Positions 9,881-20,127 of a stretch of DNA of 64,000 nucleotides are shown here, piece by piece. This stretch comes from Spirochaetia bacterium. GTDB lineage: Bacteria; Spirochaetota; Spirochaetia; SZUA-6; Bin103. The position numbers and the translations under genes were made by a program. The notes beneath the pieces are model-generated. The model did not search any database. It was not told the origin of the DNA and saw only the letters and a program-made list of their open reading frames with translations. How positions within the stretch are numbered: the first letter of the stretch is position 1; every line of letters starts with the position of its first letter. The stretch spans positions 3,520,001 to 3,584,000 of the forward strand of contig OZ241907.1 of NCBI GenBank assembly GCA_965203515.1, written 5' to 3'.

Positions 9881-10958
9881 ATTCCATTCGATCTGTCCAT
9901 ACTTCGCGATGTTTCCGGAAACGTTCGTCGAGAAGCACTTGGCTGCGAGCCCACACGAAGGCATCGTCTTCGATCCGTTCTGCGGGCGGGGAACAGCGGT
10001 ATTCCAGGCGCTGCTGCAGGGTCGCGGGGCAGCGGGATGCGACGTGAATCCCGTGGCGGTCTGCATATCCGGTGCCAAGTGCGATCCGCCCGCGCAGTCC
10101 GCGGTCGCCGCTCGGATTGACGAACTCCGCCGCGAGGTCAAAGAGCCGGACGATGGGGCATGGCATGGCGACCTAGCGGAGTTCTTCGATCTTTGCTTTC
10201 ATCGGGACACGCTGCTGCAGGTTCGGTATCTGCGGTCGAAGCTGAACTGGCGGGGTCGTAAGGAAGATCGGTTCATCGCTGCGCTGTGTCTTGGCGCCCT
10301 GCACGGTGAATCCCATCGTTCGCCCAACTACTTCAGCAATCGAATGCCGCGGACGATCAGCACCAAGCCTGAATACTCGGTCCGATGGTGGCGGCGGAAG
10401 GGGTACGAGTCTCCCCGCCGCGACGTATTCGAGATCCTCGAGACATTGCTTGAATACAGATTTCGAACGCACCCACCGGACGGAGTCGGCACGGTCGTGC
10501 AGGCGGACGCGCGACGGGCGGCGGCCGCGTTCCCGGCGCTCGCCGGCCGCGTCACCGACGTGATCACCTCGCCACCGTATCTCGACACGACGAACTATCG
10601 TGAAGACCAATGGCTTCGTCTGTGGTTCCTTGGCAGCGATGCTGTCGTTCAGCACGACCGCCGGGACGATCGACACTACGAGGTGAATCGGTATTGGCGG
10701 TTCCTGCAGGCGTCGTTCCGCGGTTTGCGGCCGTTGCTTGCGGACGGCGCTCGCGTCGTCATTCGCATCGGCGGGCGAAGATTGCGCAAAGCGGACTTGA
10801 GATCGGGATTGCTGCGCTCTCTGAGACATGCGCTGAGCCGTGACGTGCGGCTGATCGATGACGGCGTAACGTCGGAGATAGGCAACACGCAGGCCAATTC
10901 CTTTCGCGGCGTCAAGGCGTCGCGTATCTTCGAGCACGATTTCTGCTTCGTCGCATGA
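9870..10958 (+). CDS. Amino-methyltransferase, probably N4-cytosine (motif order X-I-TRD-IV)
   Basis: PYFAMFP, FDPFCGRGT (SAM binding), ITSPPY (SPPY typical of m4C MTases). Confidence 0.8.
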   Translation: MRHRFHSICPYFAMFPETFVEKHLAASPHEGIVFDPFCGRGTAVFQALLQGRGAAGCDVNPVAVCISGAKCDPPAQSAVAARIDELRREVKEPDDGAWHGDLAEFFDLCFHRDTLLQVRYLRSKLNWRGRKEDRFIAALCLGALHGESHRSPNYFSNRMPRTISTKPEYSVRWWRRKGYESPRRDVFEILETLLEYRFRTHPPDGVGTVVQADARRAAAAFPALAGRVTDVITSPPYLDTTNYREDQWLRLWFLGSDAVVQHDRRDDRHYEVNRYWRFLQASFRGLRPLLADGARVVIRIGGRRLRKADLRSGLLRSLRHALSRDVRLIDDGVTSEIGNTQANSFRGVKASRIFEHDFCFVA

Positions 10959-12130
10959 CGGCGATGATCCGGCTCGGCGTGATCGGTTGCGGGGGCCGCG
11001 CCGGCGCCCTGGTGCGGCAGATCGCCCAGATCGACCCGGCGGTGGAGCTGGTCGGCGTGCTCGACCCGGACGCCGCCGGCGTCCGCTCGCGGCTGCCGGC
11101 GCGGTTCGCCGACACGCGGTTCTACGATTCGGTCGGAGCGCTCGCCCGCGGCGCGCGGCCCACGGCGCTGCTGATCGGCACCCGCTGCCACCTGCATACC
11201 GAGTACGCGCTCGAGGTGCTCGACCTCGACCTGCCGCTGTTCCTGGAGAAGCCGGTCGCCGTCTCCATGGATCAGGCGCGGCGCCTGGAGGCCGCCTACG
11301 CCGGACGGTACGACCGCGTGGTGGTGAGCTTTCCCCTGCGCGTCTCGGCGCTGACGGAGTTGATCGCCGGTCGCATCCGCGGCGGCGCGGTGGGGCCGCC
11401 CGAACACGTCGCCGCCACCAACTACGTCAGCTACGGGACCGTCTATTGGGAGCAGGGCTACCGCGACTTCTCCATCACGCAGGGCCTGTTCGTGCAGAAG
11501 GCGACGCACGACTTCGACTACCTCGCCATGCTGATCGGTTCGCCGATCACGCAAGTCGCGGCGATGGGCAACTACGGCCGCGTCTTCGGCGGCGACAAGC
11601 CGCCCGGCCTGCGCTGTTCGGCGTGCGGCGAGACCGCCGCGTGCCCGGAGAGCCCGGAGAACCGGCGGCGCAACGGCCTGGCGACCGCCGACGACCATCC
11701 GTGCCTGTTCTCGTCCGACACGCGCACCGCCGAGGGCACCAACGAGGATTGCTCCACCGCGCTGCTGCGGTTCGCCTCCGGCGCGCACGGCGCCTATACG
11801 CAGGTCTTCTTCACGCGGCGCGGCGCGCACCGGCGCGGCGCCGTGATCTCCGGTTACCGGGGCACGATCGAGTTCGACTGGTACCGCTCCGACTACCGGG
11901 AGGTGCGCCACCACGACCGCTTCACCGAGCACGGCCGTCTGGAGGCCGGCGAAGGCGGCCACCACGGCGGCGACGCCAACCTGCTGCGCGACTTCCTGGC
12001 GCTGGCGCGCGACGGCGCGCCCCCGCGCGCCGACCTGCGCTGCGGCCTCGCCAGCATCTACGCGTCGCTCGCCGCCAAGGAGTCGGCCGCCGCCGGCCGC
12101 TTCGTGAACGTGCGGCAGATCGGAGAATAG
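10955..12130 (+). CDS. Gfo/Idh/MocA family oxidoreductase
   Basis: GVIGCGGR, LFLEKPV, KATHDFD, GGHHGGD. Confidence 0.9.
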   Translation: MTAMIRLGVIGCGGRAGALVRQIAQIDPAVELVGVLDPDAAGVRSRLPARFADTRFYDSVGALARGARPTALLIGTRCHLHTEYALEVLDLDLPLFLEKPVAVSMDQARRLEAAYAGRYDRVVVSFPLRVSALTELIAGRIRGGAVGPPEHVAATNYVSYGTVYWEQGYRDFSITQGLFVQKATHDFDYLAMLIGSPITQVAAMGNYGRVFGGDKPPGLRCSACGETAACPESPENRRRNGLATADDHPCLFSSDTRTAEGTNEDCSTALLRFASGAHGAYTQVFFTRRGAHRRGAVISGYRGTIEFDWYRSDYREVRHHDRFTEHGRLEAGEGGHHGGDANLLRDFLALARDGAPPRADLRCGLASIYASLAAKESAAAGRFVNVRQIGE

Positions 12131-12148
12131 GCCCTAGGCGACCCGCAC

Positions 12149-13072
12149 TCAGGAGCTCACCCGGTCGAGGATATTGTAGATCGCTTGCCCATCCAGGCTG
12201 TATCTCCACGTCATGGAGGTTCGATCGACCGTATAGTATATGGGAAGTATCCGAACGATCTGCCGGTTCATGCCATCCGCCAGACCGGGACCGACCGCTG
12301 TCGGTGTCCCGTCCCGGTCGTATATGCGGACCGCGGCGACCTGCATGGCGGCCAAGCCGGTCGGCGTAGCCTCATAGGTGTAATCGATCCGCATCGTTCC
12401 CGATGCCAGGCAATCGGAACGAGATCCGTCCGCGCGCAGCATGGTGACGCAGAGCCCTTCGGCGATCGTCAGTTCCATGCGCAGCGACGCGCGCGTTATG
12501 TCCAGGGTGATCCAAGGCGCATTACCCACCTGCCAGTTCCCGATCAGCAGCTCTTGCGGATCATGGCGCGCCGCCGTCACCGAACCCGCGGCCGTATCGA
12601 CCGCGCCGGTGCATGCGAGTATGGCGGCGATCACGTCCGCGGAGAACGCTTCCCCGGCCGTCGCCGTGATGGCGCAACCCGTGTACCGGGAAAGCTCCGC
12701 CCCGGCCAGCCGCTCCCGGTCGCGCTCGACGCCGGTGACGCTCAGCGTCACCGCGGCGCCGGCAGCGGTGACGTCACCGGTGAATACCAACCACGCAGCC
12801 GGCGGGTGGCCGCCGGCAAGTGCCGGTCGAAGCGCGGGCGACGCGGCCGCGGCGCCCGGGTCCGCAGCCGCGTCGGCGGGCTTCGTGAACGTCACGGCCG
12901 TGAAGGAGACCTCCCGGACGTCGAGATTGACCGCCGTCGGTCCGGCGACGGCGCCATAGCGCCCCACGTAGCCGGTCGGCGACGTCGGCGCCATCCGGCC
13001 GCAGCCGACCAGGACCGCGGCCGTCACGGCGAAGGCGAGCAGATGCAACGGACGATACGAACTCCCGGCCAT
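12149..13072 (-). CDS. Hypothetical lipoprotein
   Basis: ATG 13072 with GGAGG; signal LLAFAVTAAVLVGC. Confidence 0.65.
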   Translation of the reverse strand: MAGSSYRPLHLLAFAVTAAVLVGCGRMAPTSPTGYVGRYGAVAGPTAVNLDVREVSFTAVTFTKPADAAADPGAAAASPALRPALAGGHPPAAWLVFTGDVTAAGAAVTLSVTGVERDRERLAGAELSRYTGCAITATAGEAFSADVIAAILACTGAVDTAAGSVTAARHDPQELLIGNWQVGNAPWITLDITRASLRMELTIAEGLCVTMLRADGSRSDCLASGTMRIDYTYEATPTGLAAMQVAAVRIYDRDGTPTAVGPGLADGMNRQIVRILPIYYTVDRTSMTWRYSLDGQAIYNILDRVSS

Positions 13073-13238
13073 CCGGACCTCCCTGCAGGCATGGATCGTA
13101 CGGACGTTCTCGACCTTGCCTTGCGAGCGGGCGCGCACGCAAGGGCGAAACGGGGTAAGATGGCAGGCGGCCGGAGCGGGCGCGGATGCCCGGCCGGCCC
13201 TGACTCACCACACAACGACCGCAACGACAGGAAACGCC

Positions 13239-14600
13239 ATGAACCACCTTCAGTTCCTTCGTCGGGGCAGCGTACGGTTGCCCCTGATCCTCGGCCTGCT
13301 GATGGCCGGATCGAGCGCCGCGTACGCGGCCGTCGCCGCAGAGACCGCCTTCGTCCTCAACACGTTCTCGTTCCTGCTCTGGGGCGCCCTGGTGATGTGG
13401 ATGGCGGCCGGCTTCACCATGCTGGAATCCGGCTCCGTTCGCACCAAGAACGCCTCCGTGATCTGCCTGAAGAACATCGGCCTCTACTCGATCGCCGGAC
13501 TGGCGTACTACATCGTCGGCTACAGCCTCATGTATACCGACGTGAGCGGCATCATCGGCTCCTTCAAGCTCTTCTACCGGCCGTCGCCCGAGGAGATCGC
13601 CCTGCTCGACGGCAGCGGCGACGCGTCGGCCGTGATCGAGAACGGCTACTCGGTCATGTCGGACTGGTTCTTCCAGATGGTCTTCGTCGCCACCGCCGCC
13701 TCCATCGTGTCGGGCGCGCTGGCCGAACGGGTCAAGATGTGGCCGTTCTTCCTCTTCACGCTGCTTCTGACCGCCATCATCTACCCGGTCGTGGGGGCGT
13801 GGACCTGGGGCGGCGGCTGGCTGGCCAGCATGGGATTCCAGGACTTCGCCGGCTCGACGATCGTGCACGGCACCGGCGGCTGGGCGGCCCTGGCCGGCGT
13901 GCTGGTGGTCGGACCGCGCTTGGGCAAGTTCAAGCGCGACGGCTCGGTCAAGCCGACGCCGCCCTCCAACGTCGTGGTGGTGACGCTGGGCGTGTTCGTG
14001 CTCTGGTTCGGGTGGTTCGGGTTCAACGGCGGCTCGCAGCTCGCGTTGGGCAGCGCGGCGGACGTGGTGGCGATGGGGCACGTGCTGGTCAACACCAACC
14101 TGGCGGCCGCCGGCGGCGTCGTGACGGCGCTGGCGTTTTCCCGCTTCATCCTGGGCCGCATGGACATGTTCGCCGGCCTGAACGGCGCGATCGCGGGCCT
14201 GGTGGCGATCACCGCCGGCCCCGACATCACCGCCCACTTCTGGGCGATCGTCATCGGCGCCATCGGCGGCATCATCTGCACGGCCGGCATCAAGCTGCTG
14301 GAGAAGCTCAAGCTCGACGACGTGGTCGGCGCGGTGCCCGCGCACCTGTTCGCCGGCATCTGGGGTACCTTGGCGGTCTGCATCGCCGCCGGCGGCAACT
14401 TCGGCGTACAGCTCCTGGGCGTGGTGGCGGTCGGCGCCTTCGTGTTCGTGGTGTCGCTGGCGCTCTGGCTCGTGCTCAGGGCCGTGCTGAGCGTGCGGGT
14501 GTCGCGGAAGGTCGAGCAGCTCGGCCAGGACGTCGCCGAGCTGAAGATCGAAGCCTATCCGGAGTTCGTGCTCATGCCGGAGGAAGAAGACGAGGAGTGA
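13239..14600 (+). CDS. amt: Ammonium transporter
   Basis: WFFQMVF, GALAER, DFAGSTIVH, WFGWFGFNGGS, DDVVGAVPAH. Confidence 0.95.
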   Translation: MNHLQFLRRGSVRLPLILGLLMAGSSAAYAAVAAETAFVLNTFSFLLWGALVMWMAAGFTMLESGSVRTKNASVICLKNIGLYSIAGLAYYIVGYSLMYTDVSGIIGSFKLFYRPSPEEIALLDGSGDASAVIENGYSVMSDWFFQMVFVATAASIVSGALAERVKMWPFFLFTLLLTAIIYPVVGAWTWGGGWLASMGFQDFAGSTIVHGTGGWAALAGVLVVGPRLGKFKRDGSVKPTPPSNVVVVTLGVFVLWFGWFGFNGGSQLALGSAADVVAMGHVLVNTNLAAAGGVVTALAFSRFILGRMDMFAGLNGAIAGLVAITAGPDITAHFWAIVIGAIGGIICTAGIKLLEKLKLDDVVGAVPAHLFAGIWGTLAVCIAAGGNFGVQLLGVVAVGAFVFVVSLALWLVLRAVLSVRVSRKVEQLGQDVAELKIEAYPEFVLMPEEEDEE

Positions 14601-14687
14601 GGTCCGGGCGGCGCGGATAGTCCGGCGGAGCGGAGGTCCGGCGCGTGGAACCACGCCGGATCATCCGCTACCGTAGCGGCCACAGCC

Positions 14688-15125
14688 ATGACCGCAGTCG
14701 CCGACCACGTGGCGCTCAGCGTCCGCGACCTGGACGCCTCGATCGCCTTCTACCGCGATCTGCTGGGCTTCGAGGTGCGCCGCGTCATCGAGGTGCCGCC
14801 GGAGATGAATCTGGGCGGCATCGCCGGGCTGCCGGCGTGCACGGCCCGCATCGCCCACCTGTTTCAGGGCCCGCTGATGCTGGAACTGTTCCACTACCTG
14901 GAACCGGAGGGCCGGCCGGCGGGCGACCGCACGCAGGCCGACCGCGGATTCTCCCACCTGGGCTTCCGGTGCAGGGACATCCGCGCCGACATCGATCGGT
15001 TGCGGCAGGCGGGAGTCGACATGGCAGGCGAGCTGGTGGAGTTTCGCCCGGAGGTATGGGTGCAGTATTTCTACGGACCGGACCGCGAAGTGTTGGAGCT
15101 GCGGCAGCTCCCGGACGCCGGATGA
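14688..15125 (+). CDS. VOC/glyoxalase family protein
   Basis: DHVALSVRDLDASIAFYRDLLG, LELF, HLGF, GPDREVLEL. Confidence 0.9.
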   Translation: MTAVADHVALSVRDLDASIAFYRDLLGFEVRRVIEVPPEMNLGGIAGLPACTARIAHLFQGPLMLELFHYLEPEGRPAGDRTQADRGFSHLGFRCRDIRADIDRLRQAGVDMAGELVEFRPEVWVQYFYGPDREVLELRQLPDAG

Positions 15126-15135
15126 GGAAATCGGC

Positions 15136-15879
15136 ATGAGCGGCCGGCGGGCGGCGCTGGTGACCGGCGGGGCGACCGGCATCGGCCGGCGGATCGCCGC
15201 GACGCTGGCTCGCGACGGCGCCGACGTGGCGATCGCGGACCTGAACGTGGAGCAGGCCGCGGTCACCGCCGCGGAGGTGGAACGGGCCGGCGGGCGGGCG
15301 GTCTGCGTGCGCACCGACGTGGCGGACGAAGCCGAGCTGCTGGCGCTGTTCGCCGCCGTCGACCGCGAGTTCGGCCGTCTGGACATCCTGGTCAACAACG
15401 CCGGCATCTGCGAGCTGACGCCGATCCTGGAGCTCACGACGGACGCCTGGGACCGCATGATGGCGATCAACCTGCGCGGCGCCTTCATCGCCGGCCGCGA
15501 GGCGTTCCGCCGCATGAAGGACGCCGGCGGCGGCCGCATCGTCAGCATCGCCTCCATGGCCGGCAAGATGGGCGGGGCGGCGGCCGGCGCCCACTACTCG
15601 GCGTCCAAGGCCGGCGTCATCTGCCTGACCAAGTCGCTGGCGCTGCAGGCCGCTCCGTACCGCATCACCGCCAATGCGGTGGCGCCGGGGCCGATCGACA
15701 CGCCGTTGACGCGGGCATGGGGGGAGGAGACCAACCGGGAGTTCGCCGCCAAGATCCCGCTGGGCGCCTTCGGCGAGCCCGAAGACGTCGCCGAGGTGGT
15801 CGCCTTCCTGGCATCCGATCGCGCCCGCTTCATCACGGGCGAGATCATCGACGTCAACGGCGGCTTCCTCATGGACTGA
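15136..15879 (+). CDS. SDR family oxidoreductase
   Basis: TGGATGIG, NNAG, YSASK, NAVAPG, DVNGG. Confidence 0.92.
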   Translation: MSGRRAALVTGGATGIGRRIAATLARDGADVAIADLNVEQAAVTAAEVERAGGRAVCVRTDVADEAELLALFAAVDREFGRLDILVNNAGICELTPILELTTDAWDRMMAINLRGAFIAGREAFRRMKDAGGGRIVSIASMAGKMGGAAAGAHYSASKAGVICLTKSLALQAAPYRITANAVAPGPIDTPLTRAWGEETNREFAAKIPLGAFGEPEDVAEVVAFLASDRARFITGEIIDVNGGFLMD

Positions 15880-15917
15880 GCCGTACCGAGGAGTGCGAGG
15901 ATGGAGAGGATGGAGCA

Positions 15918-18104
15918 GTGAAACGGACCGCGATCGACGGCTCCTTCCGGTGGGAGCGGTGGGCGTCGGACGCCGCCGACGTCGAGCGGCTCGACCGGCG
16001 GCAGGCGGCGCGGCTGCTGTTCGACACGCTGGCGATCAACCGCTTCGAGCACGCGCTCCTGGAGCTCAAGAACGCCGGCGCCGTCTGGGGCCCCGTGCAC
16101 ACCTCCGTGGGTCAGGAGGCGACCGCCTCGGCCGCCGTGGCCGCCCTGCGGCCGTCCGACAAGGTGGCCGCCACCTACCGCGCCCATCACCAGTTCCTGG
16201 CCAAGGTGCTGCAGGCGCAGGCGCCGGCCGACTGGGACCCCGCGTCCGGGGAGCTGCCGCCGGCCGTGCAGGAGGTCTTCTATCGCTCCATGGCGGAGAT
16301 CATGGGACTCGCTCCGGGCTATTGCGGCGGGCGGGGCGGGTCGATGCACCTGCGCCACGACGAGTCGGGCTTCCTGGGGTCGAACGCGATCGTGGGCGGC
16401 GGCGTGCCGCTGGCGGCCGGCGCCGCCTACGCCGAGAAGTTCGCCGGCACCGGCAACGTGGTGATCTGCTACGTCGGCGACGGCGCGGTCAACCAGGGCG
16501 CCTTTCACGAGGCGTGCAACCTTGCCGGCCTGTGGTCGCTGCCGCTGATCGTCTTCGTGGAGAACAACCGCTACGCGGTCGCCACCCGGGTGCAGGACGC
16601 CTGCGCGGTGGAGCATCTGTCGCAACGCGCCGCCGCCTATGCCATGGACGGGTACCTGGTCGACGGCGATGACGCGATCGCCATCTACGGACTGGTGCGG
16701 GAGGTGGCCGAGCGCCTCCGCTCCGGCGGCACGCCGGCGATCATCGAGTGCGAGTGCTACCGCCGCTACCACCACGCCGGCGACGTGCCGGGCAGCGCCT
16801 TCCGCTACCGCACCAGGGAGGAAGAAGAGCGGTACGCCGGCACGGAGGTGACGCGCGTGCTGCCGCGCATCCTGGCGGCGGCCGGACTGCTCGACCGGAC
16901 CGCAGCCGATGCCATCGACGCGCTGGCGGCGCGGGCGGTGCAGGCGGCGCGGGCGGCGTGCACGGAAGCCGGCGACCCGCCCCGCGTGCGGGAGAGTCTG
17001 TGGCCGGATCCGGCCACCGCCGGCGACGGCCTGCGCAGCGGCGGCGCGGAGCTGGCCGGCCTCCGCTACGCCGACCGGCTCCGGTCCGACCGGGACGGGC
17101 GGGAGCTTGCGCCGATGCGCTACTCGGACGCGATCGCGGCGGTGACCGGCCGCTGGCTGGAGCGGGAGCCGAACGCGATCGTCTTTGGCGAGGAGGTGGC
17201 CAACCTGGGCGGCGGCGCCTACGGCGCGACCAAGGGACTGGTCGAGCGGTTCCCGGGCCGGGTCATCAACACGCCGATCTCCGAGGGCGGCTTCTCCGGG
17301 CTCGGCTTCGGCGCCGCCATGCTGGGAATGCGCGTGGTGGTGGAGATCATGTTCGCGGACTTCGCGCTGGTCGCCGCCGATCAGCTCTTCAATCAGCTCA
17401 GCAAGGCGCGCCACATGTACGGCGACACCACCGACCTGCCGATCGTGGTGCGCAGCCGCATCGGCACCGGGCTCGGCTACGGCGCCCAGCACTCCATGGA
17501 CCCGGTCGGCCTGTACGGGATGTTTCCCGGCTTCCGCATCATCGCGCCGGCCGACGCGTTCGACTACATCGGCCTGTTCAACACCGCCATGCACTCGCTC
17601 GACCCGGTGGTGATCCTGGAGCACAACGCCCTCTACACGCAGCGGTCGCCGGCGCCGGCCGGAGACCTCGACTACGCCCTCCCGTTCGGGGCGGCGCGCA
17701 CCGTGCAGGCCGGCGATCAGGTCACCGTGCTCACCTACGGCGGCATGGTCGGGCGCTGCGCGGCGGTCGCCGCGGCGCTGGCCGCCGACGGCGTGTCGGT
17801 CGAGCTGCTCGACCTGCGCTGCCTGGACCGGCTGTCGATCGACTACGACGCGGTCGGCGCGTCGCTCGCCAAGACCGGCGCCATGGTCATCGTCGAGGAG
17901 GCCGCCCGCAGCCAGGGGATCGGCCAGGCGCTGGCGGCCGAGATCACCGCCCGCTGCTTCGATGACCTGGACGGTCCGGTGGCGTGCATCACCTCGCTCG
18001 ACATCTCCACGCCGGTGTCGCGCCGGCTGGAGCTGGCGGCGCTGGTGAGCGACGAGCGGATCGACGCCACCGTGCGGGCGGTCGCCGAACGGCGGTGGCG
18101 CTGA
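15918..18104 (+). CDS. Fused 2-oxoacid/acetoin dehydrogenase E1 alpha+beta (TPP-dependent)
   Basis: GTG 15918; HTSVGQEA, GRGGSMH, GDGAVNQG..ENN (TPP motif), NTPISE, GAQHS. Confidence 0.88.
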   Translation: MKRTAIDGSFRWERWASDAADVERLDRRQAARLLFDTLAINRFEHALLELKNAGAVWGPVHTSVGQEATASAAVAALRPSDKVAATYRAHHQFLAKVLQAQAPADWDPASGELPPAVQEVFYRSMAEIMGLAPGYCGGRGGSMHLRHDESGFLGSNAIVGGGVPLAAGAAYAEKFAGTGNVVICYVGDGAVNQGAFHEACNLAGLWSLPLIVFVENNRYAVATRVQDACAVEHLSQRAAAYAMDGYLVDGDDAIAIYGLVREVAERLRSGGTPAIIECECYRRYHHAGDVPGSAFRYRTREEEERYAGTEVTRVLPRILAAAGLLDRTAADAIDALAARAVQAARAACTEAGDPPRVRESLWPDPATAGDGLRSGGAELAGLRYADRLRSDRDGRELAPMRYSDAIAAVTGRWLEREPNAIVFGEEVANLGGGAYGATKGLVERFPGRVINTPISEGGFSGLGFGAAMLGMRVVVEIMFADFALVAADQLFNQLSKARHMYGDTTDLPIVVRSRIGTGLGYGAQHSMDPVGLYGMFPGFRIIAPADAFDYIGLFNTAMHSLDPVVILEHNALYTQRSPAPAGDLDYALPFGAARTVQAGDQVTVLTYGGMVGRCAAVAAALAADGVSVELLDLRCLDRLSIDYDAVGASLAKTGAMVIVEEAARSQGIGQALAAEITARCFDDLDGPVACITSLDISTPVSRRLELAALVSDERIDATVRAVAERRWR

Positions 18105-19375
18105 TGTCGATCGCGTCGCTCCTCGCCGACGTACCGGTGCCGGACGTCGTGACGGTTCGGCAGTCGCTGCCGCGCCCGCGTCTTGCGCCCGGACGGCTGG
18201 AGGAGGCGCTCGGTCCCGGCGCCGCGGCCCGCGTGGTCCGCCCCGGCGAGTCGATCGCCGTGGCGGTCGGCAGCCGGGGCGTGGCCGATCAGGCGGCGGT
18301 GGTGGCGCGGCTGGTGGCGTCGTTGCGCGCGGCCGGCGCCGAGCCGTTCATCGTCCCGGCGATGGGGAGTCACGGCGGCGCCACGGCCGAGGGGCAGGCC
18401 GCGCTGCTGGCCGGCATGGGCGTCAGCGAGCGCACCGCGGGCGCGCCGGTGCGGTCCGGCATGGAGGTGGAGCGGATCGGCGCGGCCAGCGGCCTGCCGG
18501 TGCTGGTCGACCGGTTGGCGTGGCGGGCCGACGGCATCGTCATCGTCAACCGCGTCAAGCCGCATCCGTCGTTTCGCGGCGATCGGGAGAGCGGTCTGGC
18601 CAAGATGATCGCCATCGGCCTGGGCAAGCAGGCGGGCGCGCAGGCATGCCACGCGCGCGGCATGCCGGCGATGGCCGCCACCGTGCTGGCGATCGCCGAC
18701 CACGTGCTGGCGACCGGCCGCATCCGCGCCGGCGTGGCCCTGCTGGAGAACGCCTGTCACGAAACCTGTCACGTGGAGCTGATTCCCGGACCGGACATCC
18801 TGGCGCGCGAACCGGCGCTGCTGGAGCGGGCGCGCGGCCTGCAGCCGACTCTGCCGTTCACGGAGCTCGACGTGCTGGTGCTCGACCGCATCGGCAAGGA
18901 CATCTCCGGGACCGGCTTCGACTGCAACGTGGTCGGCCGCTACAGCAACCCGGCGCTGCGCGGCGGTCCGGCGATCGCCCGCATCGCCGCGCTGCGCCTG
19001 ACCCCGGAGACGCACGGCAACGCCAACGGCATCGGCCTGGTCGACGTCACCACGCGCCGCGTGTTCCATCGCATGACCTTCGAGGAGACCTACCCCAACG
19101 CGCTCACTTCGACCGCATCGGTGAGCGTCAGGATCCCCATGGTGATGGCCAGCGACGCGCTGGCCATCCGCGCGGCGATCCGCACCGCCGGCATCACGGA
19201 TCCGGCGGCGCTGCGCCTGGCGCGCATCCGCGACACGCTGTCGCTCGGCGAGCTGCAGGCCAGCCCCGCCGCGGTCGCGGCCCTGGACCGCTCCGCGCAG
19301 GCCGAGGTCGTCGGACCGCCCGCGCCGCTTCCCTTCGACGGCGCCGGCGATCTGCTGGGGCTGAACGGAGCGTAG
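18104..19375 (+). CDS. LarA-like / DUF2088-type protein
   Basis: TGATG coupling; AVAVGSRG, PAMGSHGGATAEGQ, NRVKPH, GKDISGTG.D.NVVGR. Confidence 0.75.
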   Translation: MSIASLLADVPVPDVVTVRQSLPRPRLAPGRLEEALGPGAAARVVRPGESIAVAVGSRGVADQAAVVARLVASLRAAGAEPFIVPAMGSHGGATAEGQAALLAGMGVSERTAGAPVRSGMEVERIGAASGLPVLVDRLAWRADGIVIVNRVKPHPSFRGDRESGLAKMIAIGLGKQAGAQACHARGMPAMAATVLAIADHVLATGRIRAGVALLENACHETCHVELIPGPDILAREPALLERARGLQPTLPFTELDVLVLDRIGKDISGTGFDCNVVGRYSNPALRGGPAIARIAALRLTPETHGNANGIGLVDVTTRRVFHRMTFEETYPNALTSTASVSVRIPMVMASDALAIRAAIRTAGITDPAALRLARIRDTLSLGELQASPAAVAALDRSAQAEVVGPPAPLPFDGAGDLLGLNGA

Positions 19376-19390
19376 CGCGCCCGGCGCCGC

Positions 19391-20125
19391 CTACCGGATG
19401 ACGATCTCCAGGTCGACCGGTTTGTGCAGGAGCAGCAGGTCGAGCAGCGGCACCTCGAATACCGCCAAGCCGTCCTCCATGCGGCCGCCGCGCTGCGAGA
19501 CCAGCTCGCCGTCGACGGTGACGCGGATGGTGATCAGCGACTCGGCGATCGCCTCCGGACCGGCCGGCCCCAGGATGAAGCCCATCATCGACAAGTAGTC
19601 TTCCTGCGTGATCTCCGCGTTCTCCTCCGGTCCCATGGCGCGGATGGTCGGGTCGTCGAGCAGCGGGAACACTTCGGAGAGCAGCCGGTAGTTGTCGACG
19701 TCGAGGTAGAGGCGCACGCGGGTGCCGTCTTCGACCTCCTCGAAGGTGACGATGCCGGCCTGGGCGATCGCATCGCCGCCCGGCAGGATCGCCTCCGCGT
19801 CCTCGAAGGCGAACTCTATCTCCACGCGGTGCTCGGACGGCGATTCGACCCGGAAGACCGTCACGCCGGGCCGAACGGTGAGACGGTTATGGATCGGCTC
19901 CAGGTTGATGATGCCGTCTTCCGGCATCTCGGCGCCGGTGATCTCCGCCATCTCCTGCACGCGGGAGACCAGATCGGCGGAGAAGTCGATGGCGATCGTG
20001 GTCTCGCCCGAGCGGTCGTCGCGCAGGTAGAGCTGCTGCGTTACGGCGCACGCGCCGAGCGCCCAGAGCGCCGTCAGAACGATTGCGAGCCGGCCTGCCA
20101 GGCGGCGGTAGTGATCGGCTGCCAT
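19391..20125 (-). CDS. Hypothetical lipoprotein
   Basis: ATG 20125, signal LAIVLTALWALGAC; C-terminal part of ORF 19391..21376. Confidence 0.7.
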   Translation of the reverse strand: MAADHYRRLAGRLAIVLTALWALGACAVTQQLYLRDDRSGETTIAIDFSADLVSRVQEMAEITGAEMPEDGIINLEPIHNRLTVRPGVTVFRVESPSEHRVEIEFAFEDAEAILPGGDAIAQAGIVTFEEVEDGTRVRLYLDVDNYRLLSEVFPLLDDPTIRAMGPEENAEITQEDYLSMMGFILGPAGPEAIAESLITIRVTVDGELVSQRGGRMEDGLAVFEVPLLDLLLLHKPVDLEIVIR

Positions 20126-20127
20126 GG

